Made by a program: the position numbers and the translations under genes
DNA from: Nemertoderma westbladi
Taxonomy: Eukaryota > Animalia > Xenacoelomorpha
Assembly: GCA_032718475.1 (NCBI GenBank)
Contig: JAUCBJ010002254.1
Coordinates: forward strand, 1 to 51,112
Direction of reading: 5' to 3'
Length of the DNA: 51,112 bases
Shown here: one piece after another, positions 12,370 through 23,971 of the stretch
How positions within the stretch are numbered: the stretch's first letter is position 1
Layout: every line of letters begins with the position of its first letter
The notes under the pieces: model-generated
The model's input: the letters and a program-made list of their open reading frames with translations, nothing else
Told to the model about the DNA's origin: nothing
Database searches by the model: none

Positions 12370-14540
12370 TTCAGAGTGATTTTTTATGTCCTTTTATTTG
12401 ACTTTTTTGTCCTCCTTTTTTTACGAATTGTGCACAATGACTTTTGTTGTCCCTTTAATGACTTTTGTTGTCCTTTAATGACTTTTTATGCCAAAACATT
12501 CAAAATTTGTTGATTTCGGGTCTGTCGGACAGTTGGTTTCACTATGCCTGTGCCAAAACATTCAAAATTCCATGATTTATAGACTATGAGATAGATTTCC
12601 ATATGCGCCTGTGGTAAAAGACTCTAAATTTAATAGTTTGTGGTTGTTGTCGATAATCGATTACCACATGACGTAGCAAAACACTCATTTTATAGCCAAA
12701 AACAATTACCAATTGATGGAAAGGAGCAGGTTAAGGCCGGATTTTCTAACCAAAACAATAAACAGTCACTTTACCAAATGAAGGAAAGGAGCAGGTTACA
12801 GAGGCTAGCCTTTCTAACCAAAACAATAAACGGTCACTTTACCAAATCAGGGAAAGGAGCAGGTTACAGAGGCGGGATTTTCTAACCAAAACAATAAACA
12901 ATCACTTTACCAAATGAAGGAAAGGAGCAGGTTACATAGATGGTCTTTTCTAACCAAAACAATAAATGATCACTTAACTAATTGAGGGAAAGGAGCAGGT
13001 TACAGAGGCGGGATTTTCTAACCAAAACAATAAACGATCACTTAACTAATTGAGGGAAAGGAGCAGGTTATAGAGGCGGGATTTTCTAACCAAAACAATA
13101 AACAGTCACTTTACTAAATGAAGGAAAGGAGCAGGTTACAGAGGCGGGCCTTTCTAACCAAAACAATAAACGGTCACTTTACCAAATCAGGGAAAGGAGC
13201 AGGTTACAGAGACGCGATTTTCTAACCAAAACAATAAACGATCATTTAACTAATTGAGGGAAAGGAGCAGGTTACAGAGTCGGGATTTTCTAACCAAAAC
13301 AATAAACGATCATTTAACTAATTGAGGGAAAGGGGCAGGTTATAGAGGCGGGATTTTCTAACCAAAACAATAAACAGTCACTTTACTAAATGAAGGAAAG
13401 GAGCAGGTTACAGAGGCGGGCCTTTCTAACCAAAACAATAAACAATCACTTTACCAAATGAAGGAAAGGAGCAGGTTACATAGATGGTCTTTTCTAACCA
13501 AAACAATAAATGATCACTTAACTAATTGAGGGAAAGGAGCAGGTTACAGAGGCGGGATTTTCTAACCAAAACAATAAACGATCACTTAACTAATTGAGGG
13601 AAAGGAGCAGGTTATAGAGGCGGGATTTTCTAACCAAAACAATAAACAGTCACTTTACTAAATGAAGGAAAGGAGCAGGTTACAGAGGCGGGCCTTTCTA
13701 ACCAAAACAATAAACGGTCACTTTACCAAATCAGGGAAAGGAGCAGGTTACAGAGACGCGATTTTCTAACCAAAACAATAAACGATCATTTAACTAATTG
13801 AGGGAAAGGAGCAGGTTACAGAGTCGGGATTTTCTAACCAAAACAATAAACGATCATTTAACTAATTGAGGGAAAGGGGCAGGTTACAGAGTCGGGATTT
13901 TCTAACCAAAACAATAAACAGTCACTTTACTAAATGAAGGAAAGGAGCAGGTTACAGAGGCGGGCCTTTCTAACCAAAACAATAAACGGTCACTTTACCA
14001 ATTCAGGGAAAGGAGCGGGTTACAGAGGCGGCATTTTCTAACCAAAACAATAAACTCTGTCATGAACATAACAATAAACTATGTCATGAACATTAGAGGG
14101 AATGGGACAGCTTAAAGAGACAGCATCATTGATATACATTTCAAATTACATAAATTCAATTAAATTATATTTCAAATAAAATTAATACAATTTCTTCACC
14201 TGTCAAATTAAATCAATACAATTGAATTTCTTGCTAAATTAAATAAGGTAGGCCTACCATTACCGTATTTAAATGGTAGGCTACACAGTAGGCCTACAGC
14301 AGTACCGGTGCCGGTACCGGTACTAAAATACCTAAAATACCTGCTATATACCTACATCTGTACATACAATGCAGCAATACTGCAAAATAGTGCTCTATTA
14401 CTAATACCGGTACTGATAGCCTGAGATAACAGCAGTAGAGAAACCGGTAGCATGGAACCTAACGGTAAATTTCTGAAGGACATAAAAAGTAAAAAAAAGG
14501 ACATCATGAGTGATTTAAACGGACAATAAAATTTATTGCG
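12370..14540. mobile_element. Possible decayed DNA transposon/foldback element enclosing the first 68-bp array
   Basis: T-rich ...TGTCC motifs at 12380-12490 are mirrored by GGACA-A-rich motifs at 14477-14530 (imperfect inverted match of about 28 bp). Termini and TSD were not resolved. Confidence 0.35.
12690..14056. repeat. 68-bp tandem repeat (about 20 copies) with an 8-mer (544-bp) higher-order duplication
   Basis: Unit GGAAAGGAGCAGGTTACAGAGGCGGGATTTTCTAACCAAAACAATAAAC... with anchors at 12786, 12854 and 12922. The rare variant TAGATGGTC occurs at 12937 and 13481. Confidence 0.97.
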
Positions 14541-15228
14541 TTATATATATGGACGGGGAGTAGGTATTCCCGTTATTTCGGCGACCATCCGCAAACACAA
14601 ACCAACAAAAAATAAGTAATTGATATGGTCAAGCCCGAACCAATCACTTAAATTTACTTAGGTTCCCTTTGGTATACTCAGAAAAACTCCTACTTCAATT
14701 GTCAGTATTCCGTTGGCGAGTAATAATACAATAGATGTCATTAACTACCCAGTCCTCTGGGATGAAATCTGAATTTGGTTGCACAGCACAACCCCACAAA
14801 TTGGGCATTAACATCAAGGTGGGGTCGAACCGGTTACTTAGTAATATACCAACTCATCGATAATAATCACACCAACCAAACCTCTTGGTATCTACTTTCT
14901 AACTGGAAAAATTTAATCACACACAGAGTTTATTAGGCCTAATTTGACGATATCCATTAATGAGTGTTTCCCGAAATTATAAATTTTAAATGCTTATAGT
15001 CCTACAGAAACCTACGAACAAACATTAATAAAGCGTCCCTTAAACGTTGATACAGAGTTTGCCTAATATATTTATTACAGTTGCATTTCAACCACAATTT
15101 ATTTATTTCTTACAGAAGTTCTTCAGGAGCCAAAGATTTGCCAAAATCAAATTTAATCATTCCAATACCAACATGTCAGGATGTAAATATAGAGTAAAAC
15201 AAATTTCTGAAGAATTATTATAAACATT

Positions 15229-17050
15229 GTTGGGCGAGCGACGAAAGTAAGCGAGCTTAGCATACAGTTACCACTAACTCAATCGGTGTGTCTGTTGTGG
15301 GGCGAGCGACGAAAGTAAGCGAGTTTAGCATACAGGTACCTCTAACTCAATCGGTGTGTCAGTGGAGCGAGCGACGAAAGTAAGCGAGTTTAGCATACAG
15401 GTACCACTAACTCAATCGGTGTGTCAGTGGAGCGAGCGACGAAAGTAAGCGAGTTTAGCATACAGGTACCTCTAACTCAATCGGTGTGTCAGTGGAGCGA
15501 GCGACGAAAGTAAGCGAGTTTAGCATACAGGTACCTCTAACTCAATCGGTGTGTCAGTGGAGCGAGCGACGAAAGTAAGCGAGTTTAGCATACAGGTACC
15601 ACTAACTCAATCGGTGTGTCTGTTGTTGGGCGAGCGACGAAAGTAAGCGAGCTTAGCATACAGGTACCTCTAACTCAATCGGTGTGTCAGTGGAGCGAGC
15701 GACGAAAGTAAGCGAGTTTAGCATACAGGTACCACTAACTCAATCGGTGTGTCTGTTGTTGGGCGAGCGACGAAAGTAAGCGAGCTTAGCATACAGGTAC
15801 CTCTAACTCAATCGGTGTGTCTGTTGTGGGGCGAGCGACGAAAGTAAGCGAGCTTAGCATACAGGTACCACTAACTCAATCGGTGTGTCTGTTGTTGGGC
15901 GAGCGACGAAAGTAAGCGAGCTTAGCATACAGGTACCTCTAACTCAATCGGTGTGTCTGTTGTGGGGCGAGCGACGAAAGTAAGCGAGCTTAGCATACAG
16001 GTACCACTAACTCAATCGGTGTGTCTGTTGTGGAGCGAGCGACGAAAGTAAGCGAGTTTAGCATACAGGTACCACTAACTCAATCGGTGTGTCTGTTGTG
16101 GGGCGAGCGATGGAAGTAAGCGAGTTTAGCATACAGGTACCACTAACTCAATCGGTGTGTCTGTTGTGGGGCGAGCGATGGAAGTAAGCGAGCTTAGCAT
16201 ACAGGTACCACTAACTCAATCGGTGTGTCTGTTGTGGAGTGAGCGACGAAAGTAAGCGAGTTTAGCATACAGGTACCACTAACTCAATTGGTGTGTCTGT
16301 TGTGGGGCGAGCGATGGAAGTAAGCGAGTTTAGCATACAGGTACCACTAACTCAATCGGTGTGTCTGTTGTGGGGCGAGCGATGGAAGTAAGCGAGCTTA
16401 GCATACAGGTACCACTAACTCAATCGGTGTGTCTGTTGTGGGGCGAGCGACGGAAGTAAGCGAGTTTAGCATACAGGTACCACTAACTCAATCGGTGTGT
16501 CTGTTGTGGGGCGAGCGATGGAAGTAAGCGAGCTTAGCATACAGGTACCACTAACTCAATCGGTGTGTCTGTTGTGGGGCGAGCGATGGAAGTAAGCGAG
16601 CTTAGCATACAGGTACCACTAACTCAATCGGTGTGTCTGTGGGGAGAGTGCTGAAAGTAAGCGAGCTTAGCATACAGGTACCACTAACTCAATCGGTGTG
16701 TCTGTTGTGGGGCGAGCGACGGAAGTAAGCGAGTTTAGCATACAGGTACCACTAACTCAATCGGTGTGTCTGTTGTGGGGCGAGCGATGGAAGTAAGCGA
16801 GCTTAGCATACAGGTACCACTAACTCAATCGGTGTGTCTGTTGTGGGGCGAGCGACGGAAGTAAGCGAGTTTAGCATACAGGTACCACTAACTCAATCGG
16901 TGTGTCTGTTGTGGGGCGAGCGATGGAAGTAAGCGAGCTTAGCATACAGGTACCACTAACTCAATCGGTGTGTCTGTTGTTGGGCGAGCGACGAAAGTAA
17001 GCGAGCTTAGCATACAGACAGGTACCACTAACTCAATCGGTGTGTCTGTT
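15229..17050. repeat. 68-bp (65-bp variant) tandem repeat, about 27 copies
   Basis: Unit GGGCGAGCGACGAAAGTAAGCGAGCTTAGCATACAGGTACCACTAACTCAATCGGTGTGTCTGTTGT(G/T). Period is 68 (15841 to 15909) or 65 (15361 to 15426). Confidence 0.97.
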
Positions 17051-17929
17051 GTTCTGTTGTTCTCTCGTTCTGTTGTTCTGTTGTTCTGTCATAATTATAT
17101 GTCAAAATTATGTAATAAAGGTAATCTATCTCTGAGGATACATCGCCTGGGCTGCTCTCACATTACTGTTTGGCGCTGCAAGTTCAAATCCGACTAAAGA
17201 CTGTATAAATTTCGCACCCTAGACAAGACCCTTTAGATGTCAGTGCACACAAACCCAACAGGTAAATAGTGTGGCGACCTTCCTGCTTTAAAGGGAGATA
17301 AGCGTGAATGTGCGGATTAAATGCATAATAAAATAAACCTACAGTGAGTAACCAAACATAGCAAACTTACACGAAGTCGCTATACAAAATCCTCAAGGCT
17401 GGCAAAATACAATTAATTGTAAACTAAAGAAATCGAACAAGCTTTATACATTCCAAAGAAAAGGAAAATAAGCCATTTTAACTGGAGATTGTAACTTCAA
17501 ATTCTGTAAATTATTTTTCAAATTCCCTAATGATGAAACTGTCTCAAACGTTTCAAAAGGGTTTCTAAATGATACTTGAACTCATTCTCTGATGGGGGGA
17601 CACCATCTTATTGATCACTTATTGCATTAATTTTCCAATTAATACCACCTCACACCATGGCAGGGTCACCATTTGATCAGAGAAATTTCTATTGACATGT
17701 ACCGCGGGCCGGATTTGGAGCAGCATTCAGCACCAGTTAGCTGAACAAGGACAACATCCATTAGCTACATTGTTAACTACTTGATAAAGTTTGATGTGAT
17801 CGAGTTCAGGTTGTCAAACAATAACGTTATGAAGTTCTGATGTGATAATATCATCGATGAGCGAGGCAAATAGGTTCGTATGCCAGCATCTACTGAGATG
17901 TCAGATGTCACACAGAAATCAGAACTCAG

Positions 17930-18310
17930 GTTTAATGAAATAAACAACAGTGCATGGTCCAACACTTTATGAGACTGATCAATGTTGCATTCTTGCATTG
18001 GTCTGAAGTGTAAAAATACTGTAGGTTCTGAACCAAGTGAATAGGAATTCCAATTCTAAAGTCCAATGTAAACTTTCCAGTACCTAAACGCCCATGGATT
18101 TCGTTGGGCAACAATGGTGATTAATAATAATTGTATTTGGTGAATTTTAGATGTTGAAAAGGACACGTTTGTCCATTTCATTTACAGTATTATCTACAAT
18201 TCTTGATAACTAAACACACGCGCCTGTAATTCCTCTGGAAGACCTGGTGTTCCGTGGCAGCTATTGAAATCTCCTAAGATGGAAAACATGATAATTTGAA
18301 TCATAGTTCG
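17930..18310 (-). pseudogene. Highly decayed LINE APE-endonuclease remnant
   Basis: Minus-strand translation gives ILGDFN, D..VNE and HGR.GTGKFT in the expected order, but across broken frames. Confidence 0.4.
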
Positions 18311-18614
18311 CCTTCAACATCAACAAGATCCCAATAATGTAATCAACTTCATTTTTTAATCAGAAACGCATTGCCACATGGATGGGTAACCTTATTTGGG
18401 TTATTAAAGGTTTTAAATCCTGGAATGTATATAGATTTTAATTCTAATGTAATCACTCTATTGAAATCTACTAAGAACCATATACAATTATAGTTTTAAA
18501 GCTTATTCTTTCCTCCAGAGACTTTCCATCATGTAATCCGTAATAAGGGAGCCATCTATCAATATATTATAATCTGCACAGTAAGATACTATGAGGGCTT
18601 AACAAATAAATTAG

Positions 18615-19950
18615 ATTGGGATCCATAATCCCAGGTAGGAGAAGTCATCCAATTACACCTAAACTAAGGCTATGCTAGTAAGCTTAGTAAGCTAACCTTA
18701 GAGATTATGGTTGCATATTTAAATATTCCCTGAGGACTGTTGAAGTGAACTGTCAAAATTTTGGTCTTGGAATTAGCAAATATATCAATTCTAATTAAGC
18801 ACTATGTCTTATGCCTGTTCCAATGAGATGGGGAGCTGTTGGGCTCCCTCTAATGATTCTGAGAGTACCACTAAGTTATCAGCAAAAGTCTAGATCAGTT
18901 AGGTACTTGGCAGGATTTCCTCGACTTCAGGAGCCAGTAGGTGGAGTTACCATCACCCCATCATCATTATGATGATCTAAGTCAACCACAATTGAATAAG
19001 AATGGTGCTAGTGTGTCACCCTGGAAAACTCCCCTAACACAATGGATCTGTGTCACCATCAACAGTAGACACAAATGTTGTTGAACCATCGTATACTGAT
19101 CTGATTGGTGCAATAATTTCATCAGGAATCCCATATAATGAAAGTATGCTGAACACACGTGAGCGAGAGACTGAATCAAAGGCCTTGAAGAAGTCAACAA
19201 AGATAACAGCCATATGACAGTCTTTCTTTTTTGATAACTCTTCAATTATCCTTATAAGTGCCAAAATGGGCTCCATGGTCCCACGACCTTTACGGAACCC
19301 ATTCTGATTTCCACGGAGCAGTCTCTCAATGGGATCCCTGATGCGATTTAATAGAATTCTATTATATAGCTTTGCACCAATCGGGATCAACGAGATTCCA
19401 CGAAGAGATCCATAGAGTGTTGGGTTGCCCTTCTTGGGAACTGGCACCAACTTATTTGTTTTAATTTCTTGTGGGACGCTCTTTGTACAAGTCTATATAA
19501 TAGGGTAAATGAGCTCCACAGGGGGGGGGGGGGGGGGGGGCATTTACTTCACTGGCACGATTGGTCTTAATGATCTTTGCAGCAGCAGCCTTGACTTCAG
19601 CAACGGAGATATAACCAATTGGTACATCCGGGAGTACAGATGTAAAGTGGTTCGTTGTTGGTGGTTCCCAGTCAGCAAGTTGGTAGATTTCCATACCTGA
19701 GCTGATTGCCTGTGGTCATCGGCATCATTGATGGCTGTTCAGTATGTGAGTTGTTTGATCCTGGTGTCTTTCGCCTTGAGTGTGCCATGCTCACTTATGA
19801 AAATCCACCACCAACGGGGAGAATACCTATCTATAATGATATCATCATGCAAGAGAATTCCTTTCCCCAGCATCACAAAGAATATTAAACCCAACATTAT
19901 CATGGCATTGGTGATCCTACTGCGCTTGTTGGATCAACCATCACACTTCT
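18615..19950 (-). mobile_element. RTE-type LINE, copy 3 (decayed RT region)
   Basis: 18830-19450 is nearly colinear with copy 2 (VPVPKKGNP, QNGFRKGRG, FVDFFKAFDSV, GVFQGDTLAPFLF). Outer limits are approximate. Confidence 0.88.
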
Positions 19951-20536
19951 TCCTTATCATGGCATGAGTGAACTTGATTCTCTTGATATATACCTTCTTC
20001 AAATTCTAGACTTGGGACTCCTTAAATTTACTGGTGGTGTATGTAAAATAATATTCTAATGACAGGTGGTGATGGTGATAATAATTAGTATCAGTCTATG
20101 ATGGGAATCAGAGCCAGAATATGGATCTCTCACTTGACCAAGCCATTTTATCTTTGAATTCGATGTTGGGGTTGGGCTTCCAATAACTTAGAGTCATTTA
20201 TTTCAAGTAGATTTGAAATTGCCCGATAAATGGTTGTCAATTTCCTTTAGATTGTATACCTGCTTTACTTCCTTAGTGTCGGATTGTTGTCTATTACCTC
20301 CTGTCATCAAGCAAAAATGTGTAAACCAAATTTGTAAATAATCTGGCACTGGAGGATTGCACATTCTTGCTAGAACAAAACTGAGCTTAGATCTCCACAA
20401 TTGGGGCCTGTGTGGGACTGTGGGTATACATTTTTCCAGACATCTTCAGAAAGTGAGTCAGCCATTTCTAAATTTAACGTGGTTGCTGTACAGACACCCA
20501 AAGGCTTATGTGACCCGCCAAGTGACAATTAAATCT

Positions 20537-20605
20537 TAGTTGCGTTCGACCTCTCGCTCTTTTTACAATCTTACAGTACTATCTAACATCTTACAGTAAT
20601 TTTTA
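20537..20605 (+). repeat. 69-bp direct repeat, left copy (probable TSD)
   Basis: TAGTTGCGTTCGACC...CAGTAATTTTTA is identical to 30440-30508. Confidence 0.9.
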
Positions 20606-20888
20606 TTCAGGTCAGGTCAGGTATTCTAGGTCATTGATCAAGAAAACTTGCCACCTCCATGCAGCATAAAGGAGTTGCCACCTGTAGCTGCATAGACCCT
20701 CTTACTAGGGCAAATCTGGTCCTGTAACTAGGACTGTAAAAGCTTTTGGGGATATAACTGGCCTTTTCCATTTGTAATCCAGTTTTCCCCCATTCGCTCA
20801 AATCCTCTAAACTGTTGCTTCTAGTGGCACAATCTGCCCGCTGGTTGGCTGATTTGCTGTACGTATGGCCTCTTTGTTCTGTTCGATT

Positions 20889-20920
20889 AACCAATCAGAA
20901 CAATGATCGACCAATCAGAG
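20889..20920 (+). promoter_or_regulatory. Two CCAAT boxes (RACCAATCAG), 20 bp apart; possible internal promoter
   Basis: CCAATCAG at 20891 and 20911. Motif match only. Confidence 0.3.
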
Positions 20921-22189
20921 CGATTTAGCCTTGTGTTGGCTATGGGCTGCGAAGGCTAGGGAGGTTTGACATTTAGACATTCGTGGAATCTGTGGAATAT
21001 GGAACTCTGCCAATGAGAGCTTTTCCTCTTTGTGTTGAAAGCTACCTGCAACAGCTCACAGGGTTCAGTGTGTTGGTTTTCCTGATGCCATGAACATCGG
21101 CTATGGAATTATTCTGAATTATTCCAACATTAGAACGGCTTTAATTATAAGAACACATAACTGTTACCGGTACAGCGGTACGAGACACTAAGAACACATA
21201 ACGGTACGGTACGTATTGCACATTATTTACTGCTATTTGCTGTTTGTTATTAATTGTATCGGTTGTTTACATATTGTTATTTGGAGAATAACGATAAACG
21301 ATCAGAAACCCCGATCTTCTTGATACACTAAGGTTAGAGAGACCGGCTACATATAGCAATTGCGACTTATATTATCGTGGTTTGTAGTGAATTGAATGCT
21401 ATTTTATAGGCCCTACAAATGTCGGTTGCTATTCTCTTTATATATGATTAAAATCAGTGACTATCGGCAATTCAGTGTGCAGCGGTGTGCAATAGTCTGT
21501 ATGTGCTTGTCCGCGTAACAAAGCATCTCCTAAAGAATGCGCCTTATGTGTAACTTATAATCCATTCCGTTGTGTTTAGTGTAAGCCATAGCTCTGTTTA
21601 TATAGATAGAGCGCCACGTCCTAAAGGAACTGCTAATATTTCCCGAAAGTGAATAATATTTGTCAGAGATTATATATTAACGATCAATCGAATAGTACGG
21701 TAGGCCTGCACCGCAATCAAATTAAAGCATCCGAATCCAGTCTCCCGGGTATATCCAGCGGGTGAATGGTCGCGCATAGACTGGCTTCGGCTAATGTTGG
21801 ATTTATTTGTGTCAAATACTTGTCATAGGCTAAAGTCGATTTATAACCTAGAAGACATATAGATTTGGCGGGTTAAACTGCCAAAGGTCTTAAAAGCGCG
21901 AACAGTAACAGTTATAGCTTCTTGATTGCGGCGTAAGCAATCAAGTTGATAGTACCGGTCGACCGGTAACCAGTAGGCCTGACTGCCTGATCACCCGGAC
22001 CGGTACTTACAACAGTACAAGTACAGCAGTATTATTCGATTTGATAATTATATACCTGTAGGCCTTAATAATTAATCAGGGACTGCAGCCCTGGTTTTTT
22101 ATTGAGATTTTACTTATTTCTGTCAGTTTTATTTATTTGTAGGCTAATATTGAGCAGAAGGCGTGTAAGCCTGCTCAGATTGTACAGAC

Positions 22190-22768
22190 AATTTGTAGGC
22201 TAGATTGTTGTCTGACTGTTGTTAAGTCTGAACGGATTGCAGTGTGTGTAGAGCATCTGTCCGATAAAGTGCTAGTTAGGAACGTAGGGGCTTCAAGTGC
22301 TGTGAGGTAAACCCCCTTTGAAAGAATAAGTCGTACTACTAGGTTAGAACGCATACTAACTAATCATTTCGGAGTCTGCATATACTGTAGTTTATTTAGG
22401 CTTGATAGTAGTCTGCCATCGTTTGGTCTGTACTTTGTTTGTGTAGTCTGTACAGGTAGCGTATAATTCTTATTTAGATAATTTGTAGGCTGGATAGTTG
22501 TCTGGCTGTTGTTAGGTCTGAGGAAATTTCGGTGTGTGTAGAGTGTATGTCCGATAAAGTGCCAGTTGGGAACGTAGGGGCTTCCAGTGCTGTGAGGTAA
22601 ACCCCCTCTGAAAGAATAAGTCGTACTACTAGGTTAGAACGCATACTAACTAACCATTTCGGAGTCTGCATATACCGTAGTTTGTTTAGGCTTGATAGTA
22701 GTCTGTCAGTATTTGGTCTGCATTTTGTTTGAGTAGTCTGTACGCGTAGCGTAATATTTATTATTCAG
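22190..22768 (+). repeat. Diverged 290-bp tandem duplication in the leader of the gag element
   Basis: AATTTGTAGGCT starts both units (22190 and 22480). The units are colinear with scattered substitutions. Confidence 0.92.
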
Positions 22769-23971
22769 AGTTTATGCGATTATTCGCAACATTCATATCC
22801 CCAAGTTTATTCCTACAGTAATTGTGTTTGTTATACATACCGTTATAGTTAAACTAACCCCGGTACTACATCAGGGCTGCTAGGCGTAGGTAAAGACTGG
22901 AGATTTTGTGCTTTGGTCACTCCGGCAGATACCGTGGTTCTTTTAGCTGTTCAAGTATTTTAACTACTGATTATTTGTTGTATAAGCACTTGTACCTAAT
23001 TTAGGGTTTAGTGTACAGTGCTTTCCGAAGGTGATTAGTGTGTAGGCAGTATATTTGTGTTGTAAAGTGGTTAATAGGCACGTTGGTTCTGGTAGACCGC
23101 GGTAATTAACTTCTAGGTAGGAACACTCCGTGATACATAACGTAGTACTTATAGCGCCACGGCTATAAGTCGTCAGACGGTGGTATTTTTCTATCTGGAC
23201 AACGCAGTATATTTACTACTACTTATTATTTTCAAATACCGTAGTACCCTGTCCGTTGTAATAACCAGATATTCTAACCCTTTGTTAGGCTGGTTAGTAG
23301 ACTTCTTGTAAAATTACCCTAAAAATTCGTACTTGTAATTTTTGTGTTTATTTAGAGATTGTAATCTCACCCCGAATTGTACGTAATTTGTAGTATTAAG
23401 TAACTTAGGTAAATTAGAATTATTTGTTTTAGTGTCCAACAAGTAGCACTTCACTGAGAGCGCACAGCTTCTGTGTAGTGACTCCCCCCCCAGAAATAAT
23501 AACATTTATTTCAAATATTGACAAAAACCCATTAAACGGGTATATATATTATAAATCAACTCAAACCGATTTATAAATAGTAGGCCTGTCATACAACAAT
23601 TAGGTCTAAATATCAGTTGGACTACTGCTTAAATAACGGTAATAAAGTAAGTTAAAGTAACCAAGTAACCCTTAAAATTCAGAAATTCAATTATTCTAAA
23701 ATAATTGACATACCGGTATTTACAATAGGCTTATTATATTTATTTCTATAAATTTTAGGCTGAAATTATACCGGTATTCTGTAATTAATTCTAGTCTGTA
23801 ATAATACTTATATATACTATAAGCATACTGGTATTCTAATATATTATATATATATCACGCTACACTGAGTAGCAGTATCGGTAATTAATTACTAGGCTAA
23901 CAGTTGATACTGAATTACTAAACTTGCTTTAACTGTAATATAGCAGTAGGCATTCAACTGTACAATCAAAC

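Noticed and set aside
14600-15200. Possible very old LINE RT remnant on the minus strand (IPEDW-like)
   Set aside because: Only isolated short motifs are visible, which is not enough to call without a profile search.
15229-17050. Regular arrays as CRISPR-like loci (also 12690-14056)
   Set aside because: The units are contiguous tandem repeats with no unique spacers, there are no cas genes, and the context is eukaryotic.
20537-20605. 69-bp repeats as short LTRs or the R region of an LTR transcript
   Set aside because: There are no TG...CA termini on both copies and no primer-binding site after the left copy. The right copy is directly preceded by a LINE tail, so a TSD fits better, though this is not proven.
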